NCBI GenBank assembly: GCA_043821645.1
Contig: JBDRCO010000089.1
Location: forward strand, 40,908-104,907
Reading direction: 5' to 3'
Length of the DNA stretch: 64,000 nucleotides
Source: Pseudomonadota bacterium
Lineage (GTDB): Bacteria > Myxococcota > JACRCW01 > JAFGSX01
Made by a program: the position numbers and the translations under genes. A model generated the notes under the pieces. The model saw nothing but the letters and a program-made list of their open reading frames with translations, ran no database searches and had not been told where the DNA came from. Shown one piece after another: positions 48,071 through 55,901 of the stretch; position 1 is the first letter of the stretch; every line of letters starts with the position of its first letter.

Positions 48071-49609
48071 ATGAAGTGCGCGAGCGCTGCCGAGATGCGC
48101 GAGCTGGATCGCCAGACCATAGAGGACCTGGGCATCCCGGGCCTGGTGCTGATGGAGGTGGCGGGTCGAGGCGTGGCCGACGTGGCCAGCGAGATGCTGG
48201 GTGCGCTCGACAGCTTCGTGGTCGTCGCAGGTCCAGGCAACAATGGTGGCGATGGCTATGTGGCTGCCCGCCACCTGCTTGGCCGCGGACATGATGGTCA
48301 CGTTGTTCTGGTGGGCGACCCCGCCAGGCTCAGCGCCGATGCGGCTGCCCACCGCGGTTTCTTTCTGGCCCTGGGTGGGCAGGAACTCCTCGACGACGGC
48401 GAGCACGACCTGGACGCGTGGCTGCAACCGGCCGATCTGGTCATCGACGCCCTGTTCGGCACCGGGCTGGCGCGCGACGTCGAGGGGCGACCCCTCGAGG
48501 CCATCGCCGCCATCAACGGCTGTGGCAAACCCGTGCTGGCCGTGGACCTGCCCTCGGGTCTGGACGCGGACAGCGGGCGCATCTGCGGCGAGGCCGTGCA
48601 AGCGACCCGCACCGTGACCCTCGGCCTGGTCAAGCGCGGCCTCGTGACGTCGACCGGGGCGGCCCTGGCTGGCGAGGTGGCCGTGTGTGACATCGGCATC
48701 CCCCCCGCCTTCGTCGACAAGCTAGAGCTGCGCTGCGAGTTCGTCGACCGCGGCTGGGCGCGGCAGCACCTGCCTGTGGTGGCGAAGACCGATCACAAGG
48801 GCACGCGCGGTCACGTGCTGGTGGTGGCCGGCTCCACACCCAAGGCCGGGGCTGCCTGGCTGGCGGCGCGCGGGGCCCTGCGCGCGGGAGCGGGACTGTG
48901 CACGCTGCTCACCTCCCCAGGTGCGCGCGCGCGCATGGGTGCGGACCTGCCCGAGCTCATGGCCGAGGCCTTCGCCCGCGGCAAGGACGACCTGGCGCGT
49001 ATGGATCTGGCGCACCTGCGAGAGCTGACCCAGGGCAAGGACGCCCTGCTGCTGGGTCCTGGCCTGGCCCATGGCGGCGAGACAGCGGCTGCTCTCGAGG
49101 AGCTCCTGGCCGAGTTGTCCCTGCCCGCGGTGGTGGACGCCGAGGGGCTCAACCTGCTGGCGGGCACGCCTGCGGCGTTCAAGGCCGCCCGGGCCCTGGT
49201 GCTGACCCCTCACCCCGGCGAGATGGCCAGGCTGCTGTCGTCGACGGTGGCCGAGGTACAGGCGGATCGCTTCGCCGCGGCCCTGGCCTGTGCCGCGCAG
49301 TGCCAGCAGGTGGTGCTGCTCAAGGGAGCGCGGACCGTCATTGCGGCGCCTGACGGGCGGCATGGTCTGATCCCCATCGAGCACGCAGCCCTGGGCACGG
49401 CGGGCTCGGGGGATGTGCTGGGAGGCGTGGTGGCGGCGCTACTGGCGCGCGGGCTGTCGCCCTACGACGCAGCCTGCACGGGCGCCTACCTGCACGTGAC
49501 CGCAGGCGTCCTCGCCGCCGAGGCGCTGGGACAGACCGCGGTGCTGGCCAGCGACATCGCCGATCGCCTGGGCACCGCGCGCAACACCGTGCTCGGAGAG
49601 GATGCGTGA
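48071..49609 (+). CDS. nnr: Bifunctional NAD(P)HX epimerase/dehydratase
   Basis: LME.AG, GPGNNGGDG, DALFGTG, DLPSG, HKG.RG, GPGL, TPHPGEM, AGSGDVL. Confidence 0.93.
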   Translation: MKCASAAEMRELDRQTIEDLGIPGLVLMEVAGRGVADVASEMLGALDSFVVVAGPGNNGGDGYVAARHLLGRGHDGHVVLVGDPARLSADAAAHRGFFLALGGQELLDDGEHDLDAWLQPADLVIDALFGTGLARDVEGRPLEAIAAINGCGKPVLAVDLPSGLDADSGRICGEAVQATRTVTLGLVKRGLVTSTGAALAGEVAVCDIGIPPAFVDKLELRCEFVDRGWARQHLPVVAKTDHKGTRGHVLVVAGSTPKAGAAWLAARGALRAGAGLCTLLTSPGARARMGADLPELMAEAFARGKDDLARMDLAHLRELTQGKDALLLGPGLAHGGETAAALEELLAELSLPAVVDAEGLNLLAGTPAAFKAARALVLTPHPGEMARLLSSTVAEVQADRFAAALACAAQCQQVVLLKGARTVIAAPDGRHGLIPIEHAALGTAGSGDVLGGVVAALLARGLSPYDAACTGAYLHVTAGVLAAEALGQTAVLASDIADRLGTARNTVLGEDA

Positions 49610-50070
49610 GCAGGACCCTGGAGCTCAGCACCACCTCGGCGCGCCACACCGAGCGCATCGCTGCGGCCATGGCCACGGTCTGCGGGCCAGGCGATCTGAT
49701 TGCCCTCGTGGGTCCCCTGGGTGCTGGCAAGACACGTTTCGTGAGTGGCTTCGTTGCGGCACTGCCTGGAAGCGACCACGTCCGCGTGTCCTCACCCACC
49801 TTCACCACGGTGAACACCTATCCGACGACACCTCCGGTCTTTCACATGGACCTGTACCGCCTTGCGCCGGGGGTCGACGTGGACCAGCTCGGCTACGAGG
49901 AGTACACCGAGGGCGATGGAATCTGCCTCGTCGAGTGGTTTGACAGGGCGCCTCGGGTGGCTCCCGCGGACTTCCTCGAGATTCGCTTTGCCCTGCGCGC
50001 GGGTTCACGCCGACGGCTCACGCTGTGTGCGCACGGGCCGCGCAGTCGCCGGCTGCTGCCGCAGAGGTAG
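49606..50070 (+). CDS. tsaE: tRNA threonylcarbamoyladenosine biosynthesis ATPase
   Basis: GPLGAGKT, SSPTFT, HMDLYRL, LVEW. Confidence 0.94.
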   Translation: MSRTLELSTTSARHTERIAAAMATVCGPGDLIALVGPLGAGKTRFVSGFVAALPGSDHVRVSSPTFTTVNTYPTTPPVFHMDLYRLAPGVDVDQLGYEEYTEGDGICLVEWFDRAPRVAPADFLEIRFALRAGSRRRLTLCAHGPRSRRLLPQR

Positions 50071-50115
50071 CCGACCGTGCCGGCGGGTACTGCGGTTTCC
50101 GTCGACAAAAAGATC

Positions 50116-50144
50116 TTTACACACCTGGGGGCCCGCGTTATATC
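50116..50144 (+). promoter_or_regulatory. Probable sigma70 promoter of tRNA-Met
   Basis: TTTACA-17 bp-TATATC followed by a GC-rich discriminator, directly upstream of the tRNA. Confidence 0.5.
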
Positions 50145-50155
50145 GACGCCGTTGT

Positions 50156-50231
50156 TGCGGGGTGGAGCAGTTGGTAGCTCATCGGGCTCATAACCCGAAG
50201 GCCATTGGTTCGAGTCCAATCCCCGCTACCA
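50156..50231 (+). tRNA. Initiator tRNA-Met (CAT)
   Basis: Cloverleaf TGCGGGG/CCCCGCT with 1:72 mismatch, D-stem GAGC/GCTC, anticodon stem TCGGG/CCCGA (three G-C pairs) around CAT, TTCGAGT T-loop, encoded CCA. Confidence 0.97.
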
Positions 50232-50238
50232 AATGAAT

Positions 50239-50278
50239 ACGGGCGGTTAGCTAGATGGCTGACCGCCCGTTTTCTTTT
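50239..50278 (+). terminator. Rho-independent terminator after the tRNA
   Basis: ACGGGCGGTTAGC-loop-GCTGACCGCCCGT followed by TTTCTTTT. Confidence 0.85.
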
Positions 50279-50280
50279 GG

Positions 50281-50301
50281 TGTGGCCATTTTGTGGCCAT
50301 T
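50281..50301 (+). repeat. Tandem direct repeat TGTGGCCATT x2 (candidate integrase arm-type site)
   Basis: tgtggccatt-t-tgtggccatt lies between the tRNA terminator and the integrase. Confidence 0.55.
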
Positions 50302-50386
50302 CTGCGCGGGGACGGGCCCGTCCCGCAGTATCGGCTGGCTGGAGTTGCGGGGGACCTGGACGACTTTGCTCCGGTAGGAGTGAGGT

Positions 50387-51520
50387 ATGGCCAGACCCGT
50401 CCGATGCCGAGACCGATGGCGCATCCGCTGGACCGATCACATCGGCCGCCGTCGCAGCGCCATGTTCGAGCGCTTCGAGGAGGCCCAGTACGCCCTGCAG
50501 CGCTACCAGGCCGAAGCGCGCGAGGTCCGGCGCGGGTTGCGGGTCGCGCCACCCCCGGAGCATACCTTCGGCGAGCTGTGCGACTACTGGGTGAAGCACC
50601 GGCTTCCGTCCCGCCGCAGCCCCAAGGACATCGAGAGCATCGTCCGCAAGCACCTGAGGCCGAGCTTCGGCGAGCTGCCCCTGCGCCTGATCTCCATCGA
50701 GGATGTCGACAGCTTCGTCGCCGAACGTCGCTACCTGACCGACAAGACCATTCACAACCTACTCACCCTGCTGGTGACCCTGCTGCGCACCGCCGTCGAG
50801 CTGGGCTGGTTGCACCAGGTGCCCCGACTCCGCAAGCCCAGGATCCAGGTCGTCGACACGAACTACCGCTGGTTGAAGACTCCCGAGGAGATCGCCCGCC
50901 TGCTGACGGCGGCGAGAGAGGAGGGCGAGGACGTCCACGACTTGTATGCCCTGGCGATCTACACCGGGCTGCGGCAGGGCGAGATCGCGGGCCTGCGCTG
51001 GAGCGACATCTCGCTCGGTCGCAGGATGATCACCGTCGAGCGCAGCTTCTGCTCCCCGACCAAGAGCGGACGGGCTCGGCCTGTCCCCATCCTGGACCCC
51101 CTGCTGCCCATCCTGCAGCGGCGCCATCGACGCTCACAGGGCAACGTGCTGGTGTTCCCCAACGCCAGGGGCCACATGCACCTGAACGGCGCCAGTGTGT
51201 TCAGGGAGACCCTGCACCGGTTGGTCGATGCGGCGGCGTTTCAAGAAACGCAAGACGTGGGCGGGCATCGTCGTCGCTACATCGTGTTTCACAGCCTGAG
51301 GCACACCTTCGCTAGCCACTGGATGATGAACGGTGGCGACCTGTTCAAGCTGCAGAAGGTCCTGGGGCACGCCTCCGTCGAGATGACGCAGCGCTATGCC
51401 CACCTGGCCCCGGACGCCTTCGAGGACGATTACAGCCTGTTCGGGGCTGCTTCTGTCCAGAGTCGCGGCGTTCCTGACATGCCCATGGCCAAGGTTATCC
51501 CGTTTCGAGCGTCCCGGTAG
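50387..51520 (+). CDS. Tyrosine recombinase/integrase
   Basis: Catalytic set intact: TGLRQGEI, PTKSG, FHSLRH, LGH, TQRYAH; GAGGT RBS. Confidence 0.95.
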   Translation: MARPVRCRDRWRIRWTDHIGRRRSAMFERFEEAQYALQRYQAEAREVRRGLRVAPPPEHTFGELCDYWVKHRLPSRRSPKDIESIVRKHLRPSFGELPLRLISIEDVDSFVAERRYLTDKTIHNLLTLLVTLLRTAVELGWLHQVPRLRKPRIQVVDTNYRWLKTPEEIARLLTAAREEGEDVHDLYALAIYTGLRQGEIAGLRWSDISLGRRMITVERSFCSPTKSGRARPVPILDPLLPILQRRHRRSQGNVLVFPNARGHMHLNGASVFRETLHRLVDAAAFQETQDVGGHRRRYIVFHSLRHTFASHWMMNGGDLFKLQKVLGHASVEMTQRYAHLAPDAFEDDYSLFGAASVQSRGVPDMPMAKVIPFRASR

Positions 51521-51635
51521 TGACTGCGTCTTCCCGTAGATCTCGATGCCGACTCTGCGGGAGACCAAGCTCGATCCTCCACGGCTTCGCGTCGACGTGG
51601 CTGGCAAAGGACCGCTTTCTTATACCGCTACTGTC

Positions 51636-51769
51636 ATCCTCGGTCACCAGAGCCCGGAAATGACGCGCTCTACGCCTACCTCGCGCCCGATCTCTACGGC
51701 GCCGAGCACGGGATCTTCGGCCAAGAGGCCACGCTGCACCCAGCGACAGTGTCACGAATTTTCGGCTGA
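51636..51769 (+). pseudogene. Frameshifted relic of the 3' end of a second, related integrase
   Basis: Reads ILGHQSPEMTR, then after a 1-nt loss YAYLAPDLYGAEHGIFG...stop. This aligns with VLGHASVEMTQRYAHLAPDAFEDDYSLFG of the adjacent integrase. Confidence 0.75.
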
Positions 51770-51807
51770 ACCATCCGGAGAGCCGAACTACTGCACGCAG
51801 TTGAAGA

Positions 51808-51846
51808 CCCCGCAGCAACTCGAGCTCGATGCTGCGGGGGATTTCT
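51808..51846 (+). terminator. GC-rich hairpin between integrase and excisionase-like gene
   Basis: CCCCGCAGCA-loop-TGCTGCGGGG with a weak ATTTCT tail. Confidence 0.5.
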
Positions 51847-51900
51847 CGTCGTCATGGTGAGATACGTGAAGCTGGGCCAACAACACAAGGAGGACGCGAG

Positions 51901-52161
51901 ATGGCCAGCTTGATCGGCTACGCAGAGGCTGCGGACATCCTGGGACTCAAGCATGGCACCCTGTACGCGATGGTCTCCCAGCGACGGATACCGCACGTTC
52001 GAATGGGTGGGCGGCTGGTTCGCTTCGACTCGGCCGAGCTTGAGCGCTGGGTCGAGTCTCGGAGAGTGGCTGTGAGCCCCGAGGTGGACTCAGGAGCTCA
52101 TGTCTCTGATCGTCACCTCGGCGCTGCCGGTGGAAACAAGAACGGCAGGAGGCGGCCATGA
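51901..52161 (+). CDS. Excisionase-like helix-turn-helix protein (HTH_17/MerR-like)
   Basis: AAGGAGG RBS; YAEAADILGLKHGTLYAMVSQRRIPHVRMGGRLVRFD...LERW. Confidence 0.9.
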   Translation: MASLIGYAEAADILGLKHGTLYAMVSQRRIPHVRMGGRLVRFDSAELERWVESRRVAVSPEVDSGAHVSDRHLGAAGGNKNGRRRP

Positions 52162-54386
52162 ACAAGACCGTCCCCCTGCCGGAGGGGTTCGATGGGCTCG
52201 CGTTGTCGACGGCGGACGCCCACCGGACCAATGTTAACTACATAATCAACTTCGAGATCGTGTCTCAAGCCTCGCCCGCCGAGGCCACGGCCTACACTCT
52301 GCACTTCAAGAAGTCGCCGCCGGTCTGTCATCCGATGTACCGATCACGGCGGCGCAGGGACAGGTTCGTCGAGCTGCTCGGTGGCCTCGGTGATCTCGAG
52401 ATTCTCACCGGCACGAAAGCAGAGGAGCTGGACCTCAGCTTTCTCGGCCCGGACGCGGACGTGGTCCAGGTGCAGCGCCTGAGGCTGACTACGCTGGGCA
52501 CCTTGGAGGAGACCGAGGCAGCCATCTTTGAGCTCACCGCGCGGAGGGACGTGGACGCTCTATGTCCTGGCGACCTGCCTGCTCGAGTCGACCTCTCCGT
52601 GACGCTGGACGGGGCTGCTGACCACGTCGAAGTCGTCGTAGACGAGGTGCAGGTGGCCCGGTTCCTGGATGACCTCTCTCAACGCGTGGAGCGCATGCAC
52701 CGGGCTGGGGCAGACCTCCGCGTCAGCTGGGTTTCCAGGCCTGCCAGGGCTTTCAGGCTGATCACCGGCAAGCCCATCGGGCGGCCAAGGCTGGATTCCA
52801 GCACTGACACTGAAGGTGCACCCAAGGTGGTCATCAGTATTCCGGGGAAGAAGCAGGCAGTGACAAGAGTTGGACCTGTCCAGGTCTGTGACGAGCGGTC
52901 GGGAATTCACCGGACCACGACGCCTGTAGAGGAGAACGTCGCTAACAAGAAGAAGGAGAGAACCCAGGAGAGAGCCCGTACCGACCATTACCTGTATCCC
53001 CTGCCTGGTGGTTGTTCAGATATTCGTGGGTGTCCGCTGAGTTGCGCTACTCCCAGGTCTGCAGAAACCAGCCCCTACCTTGCAGATTTCGTGACGTCCC
53101 CCTTAGAGGGCTTGACCGGCCTCGAGCCCTTCTTCAAGACAGCGTTGCTTATCGACCCACGCCTTGCTTTCCGCCCGGGTAATGCGCACTACGCTCTGAC
53201 GCGGCTAGCGTCTGAGGCTGGTGTGGAACTCCTCAGCCCGGCCTTCAGGGCGCTGCTCTGCGTGGCCGCCAACGTGCTGGTCGCGTGGCAGGACGGTCGC
53301 CCGGTCGGGGTTGGTCTGGGTAATGACGACTTCCGGTGTCCGCCCCGCTACGGCCTTCCGCACTGGCGCTACAGGTACGTCAGAGAAGTGATCAATCTGC
53401 TGGAGACCGGGGGGCACATCGGAGTCAAGATCGGCACGCAGCACCCCAGCCGTCGAACACGGCTCTGGCAGCGGGATGGACTCGGCGAACTCCTCGGTGG
53501 CGTCGACGGGTACGCGGATGTCGTCGAGGATCCCCACGTCGAGTTGCTGCAGCGCAAGGACAGGTCCAAGCGGTTCGAGGACTACCAGGACAACGACAGG
53601 CTGAACCAGCAGCGCCAGCAGCTGGTTCGGTACAACGCCTTGCTGGAGAAGACCGAGATCACGCTAGCTCCGGGGCACGGGCTCGACGCCATGGCACTGC
53701 GCATCTTTGACTCGCGTCGCCAGGCCTACCGCGTGTTCAACAACAGCAGCTGGAGTCGCGGTGGGCGCATCTACTGCGCGAAGTGGCAGAACCTGCCCAA
53801 GCAGGCCCGTCGCCACATCTTGATCAACGGCGAGCCCTGCGTCGAGCTGGACTATTCGAGCCTTCACGTGCGGATGCTTTACGCCATGCGCGGCTTGGTC
53901 CTGCAGCACGACCCGTATGAGATCGACGGCCATCCCGGACTGCGCCCGCTCGGCAAGTTCATGATCCTGATTTTGCTCAACGCCAGGGGGAAGATTCAGG
54001 CCCTGAAGGCTTTCCACAAGAAGGTCATGGGCGACGCCGACCTGGCAGCGCTGCTCTTGGACAGCGGGCTCACCCCGGCGAAGCTGTACAACCAGCTTGC
54101 TGAAGCGAACAGGTGGATCGCCCATTACTTCCACACGGGCATCGGGCTCCGGCTTCAGGCCTGGGACTCGAAGATCATGATGAAGGTGGTCAACCACCTC
54201 ACGAGGCGTCAGATCCCTGGGCTCCCAGTACATGACAGCTGCATCGTTCCGGTCTCTCGCGAGGCAGACCTGAAGAGGTTGATGACCGAGGGGTACGAGA
54301 AGGAGTTCAAGTTCGGGATCCCCATCAAGCGCACCCCTGGAGTCGGCGCCGAGGTCGACAAGCCAGAGAAGGGAGGTGCGCGATGA
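52158..54386 (+). CDS. Putative family-A-like (PolA/T7-RNAP superfamily) polymerase/replicase with uncharacterised N-terminus
   Basis: GGRIY...WQNLP, ELDYSSLH (motif A), RPLGK (motif B-like), LQAWDSKIM, LPVHDS (motif C); ATGA-coupled to the HTH gene. Confidence 0.7.
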   Translation: MNKTVPLPEGFDGLALSTADAHRTNVNYIINFEIVSQASPAEATAYTLHFKKSPPVCHPMYRSRRRRDRFVELLGGLGDLEILTGTKAEELDLSFLGPDADVVQVQRLRLTTLGTLEETEAAIFELTARRDVDALCPGDLPARVDLSVTLDGAADHVEVVVDEVQVARFLDDLSQRVERMHRAGADLRVSWVSRPARAFRLITGKPIGRPRLDSSTDTEGAPKVVISIPGKKQAVTRVGPVQVCDERSGIHRTTTPVEENVANKKKERTQERARTDHYLYPLPGGCSDIRGCPLSCATPRSAETSPYLADFVTSPLEGLTGLEPFFKTALLIDPRLAFRPGNAHYALTRLASEAGVELLSPAFRALLCVAANVLVAWQDGRPVGVGLGNDDFRCPPRYGLPHWRYRYVREVINLLETGGHIGVKIGTQHPSRRTRLWQRDGLGELLGGVDGYADVVEDPHVELLQRKDRSKRFEDYQDNDRLNQQRQQLVRYNALLEKTEITLAPGHGLDAMALRIFDSRRQAYRVFNNSSWSRGGRIYCAKWQNLPKQARRHILINGEPCVELDYSSLHVRMLYAMRGLVLQHDPYEIDGHPGLRPLGKFMILILLNARGKIQALKAFHKKVMGDADLAALLLDSGLTPAKLYNQLAEANRWIAHYFHTGIGLRLQAWDSKIMMKVVNHLTRRQIPGLPVHDSCIVPVSREADLKRLMTEGYEKEFKFGIPIKRTPGVGAEVDKPEKGGAR

Positions 54387-54547
54387 CCAACGACATCGTC
54401 TTGAACTGGTGGCATTGCATCCAGCAACGCTATCCCTCGGTACGATACCAGGGCGCTCTGGGCTTCACAGACCCCTGTTGGAGCGCAAGGCACCCAACTT
54501 CTGCAATACAAAATGCAGCACCCCCGCTCCACCACCCCACTGCATGA
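54383..54547 (+). CDS. Putative 54-aa microprotein
   Basis: GGAGGT RBS and ATGA overlap with the polymerase-like stop; MTNDIVLNWWHCIQQRYP... Confidence 0.35.
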   Translation: MTNDIVLNWWHCIQQRYPSVRYQGALGFTDPCWSARHPTSAIQNAAPPLHHPTA

Positions 54548-54742
54548 GTATAAATCCAGGGTGGATATATAGCCACATATGGCCAGGTATGGTTATGGAT
54601 CCCGGTACCTTTTCCCCACGCTCACGTACAGTGCCCCGCGAATCGCAGGTCAAATTGGGCGTGACCCTACACATTCCCCTGTCTGATAGGTACCCGTCAG
54701 ACCGTTTTGACACCTGGTCAATAGCCACAATATCGGACGGTA

Positions 54743-55552
54743 TCAGCCGCAAGAATTGACCTGGTAGATCGCGCCGCTCAGCACTGCACAGCACACGTCG
54801 TTGTCTTCGGTCATTTCCGTCCGCGCGGGGAGAGCGTCTGCCATCGCGTCGATGAAGGTAAACAGCGGCACCACCATGGTTGGGTTGATGCGGAACCTGA
54901 TCATGAACTCTTCAAGCGCCCACTCTAGCCGAAAGTGGTCCCTGCCGAGTTCCTGGCCAATCCGGTCAATGGTGTCATCGTGCAGGCTCGCTCCATCGAC
55001 CATGGAGTCGAGCTGCTTACGGAGAGCGTCAGCCGTCTCCGTCTTGCCCTTTTCGAGCTTGCATCGTGCTGCCTGATGTTGCCTGCGCTTTTCCCGCAGA
55101 ACCCTTTCCCGCGCCGCCAGGGACACGGTTCGCATCTGCCCCCCCTGGTTCGCACCCTTGACCTGACGGTTGCCAGCGAAGATCCAGCGCGGTGCGACAG
55201 CCGAAGCCCCGCTGCCGCTTCTTTCAAGGACGCGCACACCTGACCGCGCCATCAGGAAGGCGATGGTGGCGGCCGTGGCTATCAGCCAGTGCTGGTGGTT
55301 GTTGCGCCGGTCAAACCCCTCGAGCGCGACGCCGAGCCCATCGGACAGGACCTCCACCGCCAGATCGCGGGGTAGGCCGAAGGCCTGCTGGAAACGAGAG
55401 GCGGGCAGCGCCTGTCCGACCAGGGCATGGATCACACGGTGGCGTACCCCCTTGCGCTTTGGTGGTTCACCGCTCTTTGCCCACCGGCGTATGGCCTTGG
55501 CGTTGGCGTCGCCCAATCGCGGCTCGAGCCGGAGCACCTCCATCAGGAGCAT
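54743..55552 (-). CDS. Hypothetical protein (ORF open to 55687)
   Basis: Long ORF with GGGGAG RBS before the ATG at 55552; no recognised family. Confidence 0.6.
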   Translation of the reverse strand: MLLMEVLRLEPRLGDANAKAIRRWAKSGEPPKRKGVRHRVIHALVGQALPASRFQQAFGLPRDLAVEVLSDGLGVALEGFDRRNNHQHWLIATAATIAFLMARSGVRVLERSGSGASAVAPRWIFAGNRQVKGANQGGQMRTVSLAARERVLREKRRQHQAARCKLEKGKTETADALRKQLDSMVDGASLHDDTIDRIGQELGRDHFRLEWALEEFMIRFRINPTMVVPLFTFIDAMADALPARTEMTEDNDVCCAVLSGAIYQVNSCG

Positions 55553-55739
55553 GAGCAGCTCCCCGGAATGAGAAGGCAGAGGTGGACGCTCTTCTGTCAG
55601 GTCCGCTCCTCGACTTTGACCGAGGTCATTCTGCAGCCCGGCCCTGGTGTGTAGCAAGTCGGATGCGGGAGTTCCTCCCGGCGACACCGAGACCCAGTGT
55701 CGCCGGGAGGTGCAGAATGAAGCAGGGCTCTGTCAGGTG

Positions 55740-55901
55740 CTACTTCTTCGGCGGCGCGTTAGTCCTCCCATGCCCGGAAGGCTTGCCTGGATGCGCGCTG
55801 GGCCAGCCCGGTCCCTGGCCACCCTTGGGAACACCGCCGCCGCCACCTCCGCCCTGACCGCTCTTGATGCCACCACCACCCTTGCTGCTGCTCTTGCCCA
55901 T
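55740..55901 (-). CDS. 53-aa Gly/Lys/Pro-rich microprotein
   Basis: GAGGAG RBS and ATG; MGKSSSKGGGG...PGWPSAHPGKPSGHGRTNAPPKK; coding-like codon usage. Confidence 0.65.
   Translation of the reverse strand: MGKSSSKGGGGIKSGQGGGGGGGVPKGGQGPGWPSAHPGKPSGHGRTNAPPKK

Noticed and set aside
47411-49609. 732-aa ORF suggesting a long N-terminal extension of Nnr
   Set aside because: The extension overlaps menG out of frame; the real start is the ATG at 48071 with a GGAGGT RBS.
51546-51860. 104-aa ORF between integrase and excisionase
   Set aside because: No RBS; better explained as read-through across the frameshifted integrase relic and hairpin.
52158-54386. Reverse transcriptase/retron interpretation of the 742-aa ORF (contains GYADV)
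   Set aside because: No YxDD or other RT motifs; motif order fits family-A polymerases instead.
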